Source: the human T2T-CHM13v2.0 reference genome, Homo sapiens. From it: a stretch of 64,000 nucleotides of DNA. Location of the stretch: the NCBI RefSeq assembly GCF_009914755.1, contig NC_060947.1; one strand, given 5' to 3'. Numbering within the stretch: the stretch's first letter is position 1; every line of letters begins with the position of its first letter. The translations under genes and the position numbers were made by a program. This document shows, one piece after another, positions 16,901 through 28,514 of the stretch. The notes under the pieces are model-generated. The model ran no database searches. It was given only the letters and a program-made list of their open reading frames with translations, and was not told the DNA's origin.

Positions 16901-17719
16901 GGATATGAACAAACACTTCTGAAAAGAAGACATTTATGCAGCCAACAGACATATGAAAAAATGCTCATCGTCACTGGTCATTAGATAAATGAAAATCAAA
17001 ACCACAATGAGATACCATGTCACGCCAGTTAGAATGGTGATCATTAAAAAGTCAGGAAACAACAGATGCTGGAGAGGATGTGGAGAACTAGGAATGCTTT
17101 TACACTGTTGGTAGGAGTATAAATTAGTTCAACCATTGTGGAAGACAGTGTGGCGATTCCTCAAGGATCTAGAACTAGAAATACCATTTGACCCAGCAAT
17201 CCCATTACTGGACATATAAGCAAAGGATTATTAATCATTCTACTATATAGACCCATGCACACATATGTTTATTGTGTCACTATTCACAATGGCAAAGACT
17301 TGGAACCAATCCAAATATCCATCAGTAATAGACTGTATAAAGAAAATGTGGCACATATACACCGTGGAATACTATGCAGCCATAAAAAAGGATGAGTTCA
17401 TGTCCTTTGCAGGGACATGAATGAAGCTGGAAACCATCATTCTCAGCAAACTATCAAAAGAGCAGAAAACCAAACACCACATGTTCTCACTCATAAGTGG
17501 GAGTCGAACAATGAGAATACATGGACATAGGGAGGGGATCATCACACACCAGGCCCTATCAGGGGGTGGGGTGCTAGGGGAGGGATAACATTAGGAGAAA
17601 TACCTAATGTAGGTGACGGGTTGATGGGTGCAGCAAACCACCATGGCACGTGTATACCTGTGTAACAAAACTGCACATTCTGCACATGTACACCAGAACT
17701 TATAGTATAATTTTTTTTA
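13968..17719 (+). mobile_element. 5'-truncated L1PA (about L1PA7/8), ORF2 disrupted, inserted in Tigger3a
   Basis: Several ORF2 fragments in the ORF track; L1 3' UTR; 15-bp TSD AAAAGTACCTTACTA at 13953-13967 and 17720-17734. Confidence 0.97.
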
Positions 17720-17794
17720 AAAAGTACCTTACTATAATCTTATGGGACCACCATCATATAAGTGCTCCATCATTGTCGAAAAGTTCATGACACA
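17720..17794 (+). mobile_element. Tigger3a-like element, right part
   Basis: TATAATCTTATGGGACCACCATCATATA...CATGACT continues the element after the L1. Confidence 0.88.
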
Positions 17795-17839
17795 AAACAT
17801 GACTTTATTTTGTATATGTATTTTGGCATTAGTAGAGTC

Positions 17840-17950
17840 ACAGTGGTATGGTAGTAAAATTAGTGGCCTTCAGGTATGTCTCTGTATAAATTAGCTTTTG
17901 TCCTTGAGCAAGTCATTTTCCTCTTTGTAGCCTTAGTTTCTTCATCTCTC
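17840..17950 (+). mobile_element. MIR fragment
   Basis: CCTTGAGCAAGTCATTT.CCTCT..G.CTTAGTTTCTTCATCT core. Confidence 0.65.
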
Positions 17951-18028
17951 CTTTTTGAGATATCATTCTGGGTATCTTAACTGAAATTCTTTTCATCCTT
18001 TGAAATACATAGTGCTATTAGGATGCCA

Positions 18029-19695
18029 TCTTAATCTGTTTGTGCTGCTATAACAAAATACCTGAGACTGAGTAGTTTATAAACAATAGAAATTTATTTC
18101 TCACAGTTCTGAAGGCTGGGAAGTCCAAGACCAACTGGCGCTGGCCAGTTCAATATCTGGTAAGGGTTTGCTCTCTGCTTTCAAGGTGACCCCTTCCCAC
18201 TGCATCCGCACATGAAGGAAGTGAGAAGGGACAAACACTATGTCCTCATGTGCTAGAAGGGGCAGAAAAGCAAAAGTGATAAATACGTTCCATTGAGCTC
18301 TTATTATAAGAGCATTATTGCCACCCATGAGTGTGGAGCCCTTATAGCCTAATCGCCTTCTAAATGCACCTACCTCTTTATAGAATTGCACTGGGAATTA
18401 AGTTTCAACATGAATTATGTAGGAACATAAATATTCAATCCACAGCATTCCACTCCTGCCCTTCCCCCCAAAAAATTTATGTTAAAATATACAAATATTC
18501 CTTCCCAATAGGCCTAGAAATTTTAACTTATTACAGCATCAACTTTAAAGTCTAAGTCCAAAATCTCATCCAAATATTGTCTAAATCAGATATGGGTGAG
18601 AGACCCAAAGTATGATTCATCCCGAAGCAAATTCCCCTTCTAGCTGTAAGCCTGTGAAATCAAACAAGTCACATGCTTCCAAAATAGAATGGTGGGACAG
18701 GTGCAGGTTAAACATTTTCATTCCAAAAAGAAGAAAGAAGAAAGGGATAATAGGTCCTGAGTAAGTCCAACCCCCAACAGAGCAAACAATATTCAATCTT
18801 AAGGCTGGAGAGTAATCTTCCTTTATTCCATGTCCTGCCCTCTGGACACCCTGGGGTAGAAGTTGGGTTGCCAAGGCTCCAGGCAACCTTGCTGCCATGG
18901 CTTTGCTTGGCACAGCCATACTGAAGCTCTCCCAAGTAGAGTCTTGTGCCTGTGGCTCTCCCAGTGTACAGTTACATGCTGGTGGCCCTAGCTCTAGAGT
19001 TCTGGGTTCTTGGGGTCACCCCTGCTCCCATGGATCCAATGGACATTACCCTAGTGGGGACTCTCTGTAGTGGCCCACTAGGCACCACTGAGCATTGCTT
19101 TAGTGGAAACTCTCTGGTGCCTCTGCCCCTGTGGCATTTCTCTGCCTTGGCCCTTAAGCTTTCCAGGGAATCCTTTGAAATCTAGGTGAACGTAGCCATG
19201 CCCCCACAGCTCTTGGACTCTGTGTGCCTGCAGAGTTAGCACCACGTGGATGCTATGAAAGTTTACCCCATGTGCCTCCTGGAGAGGTAGCCCAAGCTGC
19301 AGCTGGGCTCACTTGAGCCACATCTGAAGAGACTGAAGAGTGCTGCATTGGAATACATGGAGCAGAAACTTGACACTCCCCTGGGCAGTGAGACTTGAGA
19401 ACCCAAGTTGATGCCTTCTCATTGTATTCTCACTTGATGGAAAGGTAGAAGAGATAAACTGTGTCTTCACATGGCAGAAGAGATGGAAGAGATGAATGCT
19501 GTGTGCTCATATGGTGGAAGAGACAGAGAAGCAAAAGGGATAAACTCACTCTTTCAAGCCTTTTCATAAGGGCACTAATCCCATCTATGAAGGTGGAGCC
19601 CTCATGGCCTAATTACCTCCTAAAGGCCCCACATTTTAATACTGTTGCATTGGAGAGTAAGTTTCAACAGGAATTTTGAAGGGACACAAACAGGC
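18029..19695 (-). mobile_element. Internally deleted MaLR provirus (MSTD/MLT1A-like): LTR about 18029-18447, internal about 18448-19400, partial second LTR about 19410-19695
   Basis: TGCTGCTATAACAAAATACC..TTTATTTCTCACAGTTCTG..GGGAAGTCCAAG; the GTGGAGCCCT..GCCTAAT..AAGTTTCAACA block occurs at both about 18330-18410 and 19590-19670. Confidence 0.85.
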
Positions 19696-20330
19696 AAGTC
19701 CTAGGAGATTTTCAAGTGCCTTAGTTGAAGTCCAATATTTTTAAAGGTCCAGGTCCAACATTTAGATGTTGAGATCAACATTTTAGCCTTTAGATGATAA
19801 CAAAGACTCCAAAAAGAAGGAGGGGAAATGGGAGGCTGATATGCATAGAACTAAATCTATTGACCTACAACCCAAAGATCCAGCTGAGAATGTTAAGACA
19901 GGAATGTCTATGGAGAAGAAAGGAGTGTGATTCTGAAAATTTCGTTTGGAAGCTGAATTTCATTTCTCTGGGAAAGTAGGGCACAATATCCAAGATGGAG
20001 GGCAGGGATACTTATGTCCAGCATTGCCCCATATAAACATAAGCTTTACATTAGGGCATCACAAAAATAATGGGCAAATTATTGCTGGAGGCTTTCCCAC
20101 ACATACATTAATAACCTAGTGCCATCATTTTGAGGAACATGAAGAGGGTCAGCTAGAGTCAGTCCATATGACAGCATCCCTGGAAATACTTCTCAGAGGG
20201 AATGGCCATTTGGAATTTTGATGGTGGTAGCATCATTGGAAGGCTCAGTGGCAGTTTGCATTAGCAGTAGCAATGGAAAATATAACAGTCCATAAACATT
20301 GCACAGCAATGGGTAGACTCCTTAAAAAAC

Positions 20331-20540
20331 AGAGTTTCTCAACCTTGGTACTGTTAATGTTTGGAGCTGAATCATTCCTTGTTGTGGGGAGCTGTCCTGT
20401 GCATTGTAGAATGCTGAGTGCAAACCTGACCTCTATCCACTAGATGCCAATAGAATTCCCCTAGTTGTGACAACCGAAAATGTGTTCAGACATGACCACA
20501 TATCCCCTTGGAGGCAAAATTCCTGATTGAGAAGCAGTGC
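20331..20540 (-). mobile_element. MER20 (hAT-Charlie) DNA transposon
   Basis: CAGAGTTTCTCAACCTTGG..CTGTCCTGTGCATTGTAG..CCACTAGATGCCA..GTTGTGACAACC..TTGAGAAGCAGTG. Confidence 0.88.
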
Positions 20541-20764
20541 TCTAGGGAATGACAGAACACTAAGGGTAGATTGAATCTCAGGCCATCAGGGTGAACCATG
20601 GATTCCTTGCAGCACCTGTTTTAGCACCTCTCACCTAGATATGTTAAGAACAATCCGAGATTCAATAGCTGAATGCAAAGTGGAGGAGAAAGTAGTGAGT
20701 AAGGCAGTCTGGGCTTCTACTCACCCTGTAAGCCAGGAGGAGGAGAGATTTCCATTGTTGAGTA

Positions 20765-21105
20765 CAAAGAACCAGGCTTTAGTTTCAGACAGACTTGTTT
20801 CTATAATACTCTGTCACTTTCTAGTTGTTGAGTCCTGGTGAAGTGGCACTACCTCCCTGAATCTCAGTTTCCTCAACTGTATCTACACAAATTTGATTTT
20901 TATTTTGTTATTTATAATCACAACCTCTTTTGGAGGAGGGTGCATCTCTCCAAGTGACATTTTAGAACACATATTAAAATGGGGGGAAAATACCCGACAA
21001 AGTTGTATGAGAATGAGAGATAATAGATAATAATGAAAGTAAATAGAACACCTGAAACTAGGCCTGGCACATGTGCTGATTCTATAAAGGATGACTATTG
21101 TTAAG
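20765..21105 (+). mobile_element. MIR fragments
   Basis: CTCCCTGAATCTCAGTTTCCTCA.CTGTA; GTTGTATGAGAATGAGAGATAAT..GCCTGGCACAT. Confidence 0.65.
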
Positions 21106-22289
21106 TTGAATATTTCTGAAATATAATTGGTGGAGGCTTAGTCAGATATACTATTTTGCCTTTTTTTTTTTTTTTTGGTAGTTCTATTTGACATCACCCA
21201 CCTATTACATTAAGAATCCTCCTTTCTTTAATCTCCATCTCCACCTGCCAACTATATCTAGAGAGGGTTATCAGTCTGTGACCTTTTGCTACTTTCAGAG
21301 TAACCATGGGGGCTCAGGGCCTCTCTTCTTGTAATCCCATTTCCCTTGTTTACCTTGGTGTTTCTTTGATGTGAACCTTCCTGCTGACTGTACCTGTAAG
21401 AGATTATCCATTGTGCTTTTGCCTCTTCTCTAAGCCCCCAGACATTTGGAGGTATCATTGCTTAATCTTTGTGTTTCACCATCAGTTAAGGTCAGAAGCC
21501 TTTGATCCATCCTGTTTACTAGACCCTACATTTTAACACATAAAACTGCTGACAGCTATATTTTTATTAAATTTATTTTCCTGGGTTTTAGTCATAGCAC
21601 TAAACTTCAATACCAATATATCACTACATTAAAAAAAACTATCATCAGTGTGTGTTTACAGTTACCATAGCAGTAAAATTTGTACTCAACAGCATTATTA
21701 CAATTTTCTCCTATTTACAAGGTATATTTGATTCATGTTTTAAAACCAACAAAGGAAAAACGTAAATAGAATTATTGCTGTCAACACTACTGCAATTTTT
21801 TCTACCCTTAACGCTCACCACCAGTGATAGATATAACAACGGATTGCCTGTAAACACATAAAAGCCCTTCTCAGAAAAAAATGGGCTTTTTGTATCCATC
21901 ATGGTGAAATCTGGGTCCTTTGATAGGATGACTGATGAGAGAGAAGATAAGAAAAGGTGATAAGGCCTACCTTTCTGCACTCTACACCAGCACCCTGTGG
22001 ACACATTAGGATGAACACTGGCCTGACTCCTCTTAGTTTCCCAAGATCAAGTGACCCATACTACAATTTGCTACTGATAGATGGGGCAGCCCTGGGCTCT
22101 AGCAGGAGCAAGTAGATGATGAAATCTTGCCCACTCCTAATTATTTTTCCACCCTACAAAGTGATCCTCTGGGCAGGAAGTTTAATGGGATACTGTATAG
22201 CCCCAACAGTTTTCATGCCTGCTACATTTACTTGCTAGCCTCAGTTCCTGTGGCTCCTGAGCAGCTGGCTGTCTGAACCCCACCCCTTT

Positions 22290-22356
22290 CTCCTTACTGT
22301 ACACCTACAGAAAAGGAGAGTTGGTGGAGGCTCTCCTGTAGGTGTACAGTAAGGAG
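22290..22356. repeat. Perfect 21-bp inverted repeat (hairpin)
   Basis: CTCCTTACTGTACACCTACAG (22290-22310) is the exact reverse complement of CTGTAGGTGTACAGTAAGGAG (22336-22356). Confidence 0.98.
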
Positions 22357-22902
22357 GCTCAGCTCTGTGGAGGTAGATACTGTTGGGAGTTGGTTTCTGG
22401 GGGACCCAAGTTAGAATGGGGGTATCCTATCTGAAGCAATATGGGGAGCATCAAATAATAAGATAAAGTCAATACTGATGGAAAAATCTAAAAGGCCAGT
22501 AGCAACATGAGGGTTGTGAGTTTGTATCAGTGTGAGATGGGATTAGAGTGACAGCCAGTAAAAAATAAGTCAGTGTGTCCTGTTGGGTCTTTGCTCATAG
22601 CCTTGCAGGTAGTACATCCATGGTGTGTGTATAGATTGGGATGGCTGCAGTCCCTGAGAACCTAAATGCTTTATTGCTTCAATTCTGTATATGTACTACG
22701 TAGCAAGTATCTACTCGCCAAACTTAACAATAATATTCCTTCAAGAAGGAAACAAAGAAGGTCATTGTAAATTGAGTTCCTTTCATTGTTTTCTTCCAAG
22801 AGTGAAGCCTACAAAACAATATATTGGTTCTGAAATGTCCTGATCCTCCCCTTCTCCTCAACCTCGTTTTAGCTTCAACATCTTAAAGCAGTAACGTTTT
22901 GT

Positions 22903-23202
22903 GGGCTTGGCGCAAGTGGCTAATGCCTGTAATCCCACTGCTTTGGGAGGATAAGGTGGGAGGATTGCTTGAGGCCAGGAATTCAAGACCAACCTGGGCA
23001 GCATAGCAAGACCCTATCTCTACCAAATTTTTTTTTAACTTAGCCAGGTGTGGTGGCGCATGCCTGTAGTCCCAGTTACTTGGGAAGCTGAGGTGAGAGG
23101 ATCGTTTGAGCTCAAGAGGTCGAGGCTACAGTGAGTTGTGATCATGCCACCACACTCCAGCCTGGGCGGCAGAGCAAGACCCATCTCAAAAGAAAAAAAA
23201 AA
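22903..23202 (+). mobile_element. Alu SINE, AluJ-like
   Basis: GGAGGATTGCTTGAGGCCAGG..GAGGTCGAGGCTACAGTGAG; A-tail. Confidence 0.92.
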
Positions 23203-25229
23203 CAACTTATTTGTGGAATAGCCTTTTGTTTTGAGAGGATTTATTACATTGAAACTCTTAATGGCTTAACAATTTCTATTTCATATTCTTCTCAGAGCAA
23301 AAGTGGATCCAAAAGAGCTAAGTAGTCATAAAGTAAGGAAGAATGAAAACCCCATTTTCCTTCTATCTTGTTGGAGGCCCTTGAGAAATAGATTTTGGAA
23401 GATTTGCCACAGGGCTTCCATAGAATTGACTCCAGAAAAAGTTTTCATTAAGCCTGGCACACAAATACTGAAACCCAAATGAGAAAATGGATTAAAGTGA
23501 TAAAAAATGTTCAAATGTTGTATGCATAGATGTTTTTGTGTGGATGATGTGTGATGTATCCTTTTGTTTATAAAGGTAAATAATCGACAAATACAGACTG
23601 CCTGTCTAGATTCAGGAATAGTCAAAGACTTTAAGACAAACTCAGTGATGTTTGGCTCTGAGCCTCACACATTTTGCTTACTAAAACTACAACCTCTTCT
23701 CTCAACCTAGGCATCTCATTTGCCCTTATACCCCAAGAGGCTCTTTCTGTCATGAATCGTCGTTCTCTGTAGCTTTTGCTCTTGCCCTCATGCTTTGGTT
23801 TCATTTTCAGTGTTCTACTTTATCACTTTCAAAGTTGGAGAACAATTACCATACTGAAGTGATTTCAGATTTCCTGGCCAAATACAGATTATCTAGCATT
23901 CAAGAGACCACAGTTCTTAAACTCTTGCTCTCCACCCCCATCCCCAAGAGAATCTTCGATTTTGAGTAATGTAGGACAATTTCATCATGAATTGTTTGAA
24001 GGGACATTTTAGTGGCACATCTTCATGCTATTCTGGGAATACTATTTCCAACCTTTCTTCCCTGGAACCACAGTACAGGATGTTTTGACTTTTTGACTCC
24101 ACAATCCGCCATTCCTTCCTCTTTCCAGAGGTCTTCTTGAATATTTTTTTCTGTGAATTGCTCTTTGATCTCTAAATCCCCTTCCATATTTCTGCCAGAT
24201 GGCCCCTTACAAAAATAGGAGTAACTTTGGCTGTCCCTGCTATCCTCTAGTTTCTAATGTAGGTTTTTAATTCAGGCCCCTACAAAGACCTTGCTGTAGT
24301 CTCTCCCCATAACATTTTTATCATTCCTGTAAAGTTCTCACTTTTACCCAAGATCTCCCCCTTTTAAATGATGACTTTGAGAGCATTCCTTCAATAGTTA
24401 TTAACTTCAGTAGCTACCCTGCATCCAGCTTCATGGTATAGAGTAACTACTCAAATATTTGCTGAATGAACCAATTAATGAAAAACACGATAGAAGGAAT
24501 GATTGAATCAGATTTCTAAAGTGCCAGACTGAATAGGGAGTAGAAGTCAACCAAGACAAAGTTTCACTTGGGGCTCATCCATCCCTATATTTCTGTTTTT
24601 GTTTGTTTGTATTTTAAACCATGGTAGAGGTAGCCCTGATAGGACTCCTAGTTTAGAGGTATGCTCTACCCTGCTCAAATGGCAGGAGCTGGATCAAAAT
24701 GGACAGTGTTTTTCATACACTAATTTTTTTCCTGGTCCAATTCATTAGCAACTCCCTCAGTCTTGAATTTTGACTCACAGTCGTTCCCTGAATTCATGAT
24801 AGCCACAGACTGTGGTTCCCATGATCTACTCCTGCTTTATAGTGCTGAGCCTAAGGGACCAACATCCTGGGCTAAAATATGGCAAAAGACAATATCGGCA
24901 AAGTCCATTTCACTGTATGAGTTGATCTCATACTGATTATTTTGCCATCTCTTCATAAAGGCCGTCAAGTCCAAGCTGAAGAGAAACAAAGGGATATTTA
25001 TGGTCTCAGCCTACTTTTTTGAGGCCCAGGGAGATGCGGACCTCATGCTTTTCTGTTGTTTTGACCTCCCCCAGATACATCATAGCTTCCGAAACTCCAG
25101 GGGTAAATTCTGGTTTCAGATGCATCCAGCCTATAGAGAACAAACATTATCGTAAGAACAATATAACAGCGGGCTTGCCCCAGAATTACTTGCCCTGTAT
25201 ACTTGGCTCATGACTTCTCTATATCCATT

Positions 25230-25600
25230 TCCCCCTTTGTTCTTAACAGAATTCTTTATTCAGGACAGTCTACCCTGTGGCTTAGGGGTGACCATGTTTC
25301 AGGGTTCTGGCTAGTTAAATGTAAGTAGAAGTCTAATAGATAAGACTATAGGGAAAACTGTTTCTAAGAAGGTGGAGACTCACATATCATATGGATTTTG
25401 CCTTTGCTCTTCACCCCTTTTCCCTGCCTTGAACATGGATGCAGTTCCCGGAGCTATGATTACTCTCAAACCCATAGGAAAAAAAGCCAAATAGTAAGAA
25501 AGGCAGAAAAGGAAGACTGGAGTGAGGACTGACCTTGAGTAATTAAACCAACTCTGAGCTGCCCACCTCCAAACTTGTTGTAAGAGGAGAAGGAGAAGCC
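25230..25600 (+). mobile_element. Old MLT1 (MaLR) LTR fragment
   Basis: CCTGCCTTGAACATGGATGC..GGAGCT..GGCAGAAAAGGAAGA..GCCCACCTCCAAACTT; very diverged. Confidence 0.55.
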
Positions 25601-25830
25601 CCTGCCAGGGTATACCTCTTTCATGCAAGTTTCTGCTCTTCTTTCACCACAAAGGCCCTTTCGAGACTTTCTATGGCTGTCTCTGCTACTTTGGTTGTCC
25701 CTCTTTTCATTTCTCTTCTTCCTTAAGTAGTTTTGCTTTTAGTTGGAAGAGATTGGGAGGCAGACACTTTCATTTTGCAGGTATATGGAGCTTACGCTGA
25801 GTTTGGGTGAAACCCAGTCTCAACCTAATA

Positions 25831-27138
25831 TGAGGGGTCTTCAGAAAGTTCATAATAATGCATGTTATGAAAAAAACTGTGCAAGGATTTCAATTTCTTT
25901 TTGTGCCAAAATAAGCTCATATTAACAGTTACAACATGTCTGAACAGGATCTAGTTTGAGGTGCTAAGAAGTATAAGTAATCAGTTTGAAAAGAGCCCCT
26001 CTCAGAGCAACATGAATCCTGCTAAAAGTAAAGCAAGAACAAACATCAAATTTATGGTGAAGCTTGGGTGGAAGAATGGAGAAATCACTAATGCTTTACA
26101 AAAATTTATGGGGACAAGCCCCACCTCAAAAAAACTGGCAATTTGCAAATGGATCACTCATTTTAAGAAGGGAGAAGACAATGTTGAAGATGAAGCCCAC
26201 AGTGGCAAACCATTCCATCAATTTGTGTGGAAAAAAATGTATTTGTTCTTGCCTTAATTGAAAAGGACCAATGATTAATACCAGAAACAATAGCCAACAT
26301 CATAGACATCTCAAATGGTTCAGCTTACACAATTCTGACTGAAAAATTAAAGTTGAGCAAACTTTCTACTTGGCGGGTGCCAAAACCACTGCACCTATAT
26401 CAGCTGCAAACAAGAGCAGAACTTTCGGTATAAATTTTAAAAAGTGGGTTCAGGATCCTAAAGCATTTCTCCAAACCAACTGTAACAGGAGATGAAACAT
26501 GGCTTTACCATGTCTTGTGATCTTGAAAACAAAGCACAATCAAAGTAATGGTTACCAAGAGGTGGAAGTGGTCCAGTTGAAACAAAAGCAGATCGATCAA
26601 GAGCAAAGGTCATGGCAACAATTTTGTGGGATGCTCAAGGCATTTTGCTTTTGCTTGCTGACTTTCTGGAGGACCAAAGAACAATAATATCTGCTTATTA
26701 TAAATGTGTTTTGAGAAAGTTAGCCAAAGCTTTAGCAAAAAAATGACCAGGAAAGGTTCACTAGAGAGTCCTTCTCCACCATGACAATGCTCCTGTTCAT
26801 ACCTCTCATCAAACAAGGACAATTTTGGGAAAATTTCAGTGGGAAATCATTAGGCATCCACCTTACAGTCCTGATTTGGCTCCTTCTGAGTTCTTTTTGT
26901 TTCCTAATCTTAAAAAGTCTTTAAAGGGCACCCATTTTTCTTCATGTAATAATGTAAACAAGACCACATTGACATGATTAAATTCCCAGGATCTTCAGTT
27001 CTTTAGGGATGGACTAAATGACTCAGATCTTCCCTTACAAAACTGCTTGAACTTGATAAAGTTTATGTTAAGAAATACAATTAATAATTTTTTCTATCAT
27101 TTACTTCTACTGTCCATGAACTTTGAAGAATGCCCTCA
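25831..27138 (+). mobile_element. Near full-length HSMAR2 mariner DNA transposon (1308 bp)
   Basis: Degenerate TIRs TGAGGGGTCTTCAGAAAGTTCAT / ATGAACTTTGAAGAATGCCCTCA; TA dinucleotides at 25829-25830 and 27139-27140. Confidence 0.93.
26012..27070 (+). pseudogene. Mariner transposase pseudogene (frameshifts and stops)
   Basis: MNPAKSKARTNIKFMVKLGWKNGEI N-terminus; VPKPL; VTGDETW (26482-26502); HDNA (26780-26791); HPPYSPDLAPSEFFLFP (from 26855). Confidence 0.92.
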
Positions 27139-27218
27139 TATACAGACTCCCATTATCTATGGCAAAAGTAAAAAAAAAATGGTGGTTCAAAGGGGGAAGA
27201 TATAGCCTTCTCAGTGTT

Positions 27219-27470
27219 TTAAAAGATTTGAATCCATTGTCAGCATTTAAAAATAATAATATTTTTCATAAACTCTAGATTTTCAGCATCTCTAACAACA
27301 CTGGGCCCTCATTAGCTCATGACAATAATTGACTAAAGTAGCAAATTCTTCATTTAGAAGGGAGCAGGCACGCTCCAGATTGCCACAGTTTTCAGCCTTC
27401 TTGCAAGTGATACACTTCATTTCTTTTTAATACCTGTCTTGCCCTATAGGTGTTTGAGTTTTCAATAACT
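27219..27470 (+). mobile_element. hAT/Charlie-type fragment (MER102-like)
   Basis: CAGCATTTAAAAAT..CAACACTGGGCCC..CTCCAGATTGCCACAG..TTTGAGTTT. Confidence 0.55.
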
Positions 27471-27999
27471 TATTTATGGATTCTTTGAAGGATAATTAGT
27501 AATACTTTTTCTATTTCAAACCCCTAGGCAGAAACCTCTGCCTCCTCTAATAACTGTCAAGGAAAATATGACCAGCCTGCAACTGCATCTCTCCATACTC
27601 CTAAACATCTTAGCCAGTGTCCCCAAGAAATTCATCTGTTACAAATGCACTGGAAATGTATTTGTAACAGGATGTTACCTCGAGCATGGGACCCAAAGGC
27701 AATTAGATTCTTCTTTTCTACATCTGACACCTGCCATTCTTGAGACATAATTTTGGTGTCTTCCTCAAAAGCATCTTTCCCTACAAATGAGTAAGCACTA
27801 CTTAATAATAACCTCAGTTTGGAAGGTTGGCAGGTATAATTATTATAAGAATTATTAGTTCCAGTAGCTCTTCTCTAAATCTACTTCTTTAGAGCACTTG
27901 GAATTGGAGAACGTTTCATATCTATGCCATAACTGATTTAATTTCTGTTTCTTCTCTAGGATAAATCACAGTAATTTGTAGCTTCAATGTTTCTATTGC

Positions 28000-28514
28000 T
28001 GTAAATGGATACAAACTCTTTGGGAGGCGATCTGGGAAAACTTACTAAAATTTTAAATGTGGACATCCTTTGATTCAGCATTGCCTCAGCTAAGAAACTT
28101 TCCTTAAAAAAATACTTTCATAAGTATAATACACACACATGCACACACACACGTGTGTATGTATGTATGTATGAAGAATTTTTTTCTAGCCATACATTGG
28201 GAGCAATGAAAATGTCCAGTAATAGGGAACTCAGTAAGTAAATAACAGTAATCCAGTAATATGGCATCTAGAGGCTCTCAGCGACCCTATTGTTTCAGAA
28301 CAACTTTTTAGTTAATTTCTGGTCTAAGAAGAGTAGTGGGGAAAGGATGATCTTTTTAAGAGCTGAGGAAAAAGTTGAAACTCAATCTTTACCTCTCACT
28401 ACATGCAAATACTTACTTGAAATGGATGATGGACAAACACATAAAAGCTAAAAGAAATTTTTAGAGGAAAACTTTGGAATCTTTGTGACCTTGGGGTAGG
28501 CAAAAATGTCTTAG
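28000..28514 (+). mobile_element. Ancient L1M fragments; host of the next insertion
   Basis: ATCTTTGTGACCTTGGGGTAGGCAAAAATGTCTTAG and other L1M ORF2/3' motifs. Confidence 0.7.

Noticed and set aside
24880-24948. Possible hairpin (ATGGCAAAA/TTTTGCCAT plus GTATGAG/CTCATAC)
   Set aside because: Short helices separated by a large asymmetric loop; compatible with chance.
27940-27975. Strong plus-strand splice acceptor (ttctgtttcttctctAG)
   Set aside because: No convincing donor or reading frame follows before L1 sequence.
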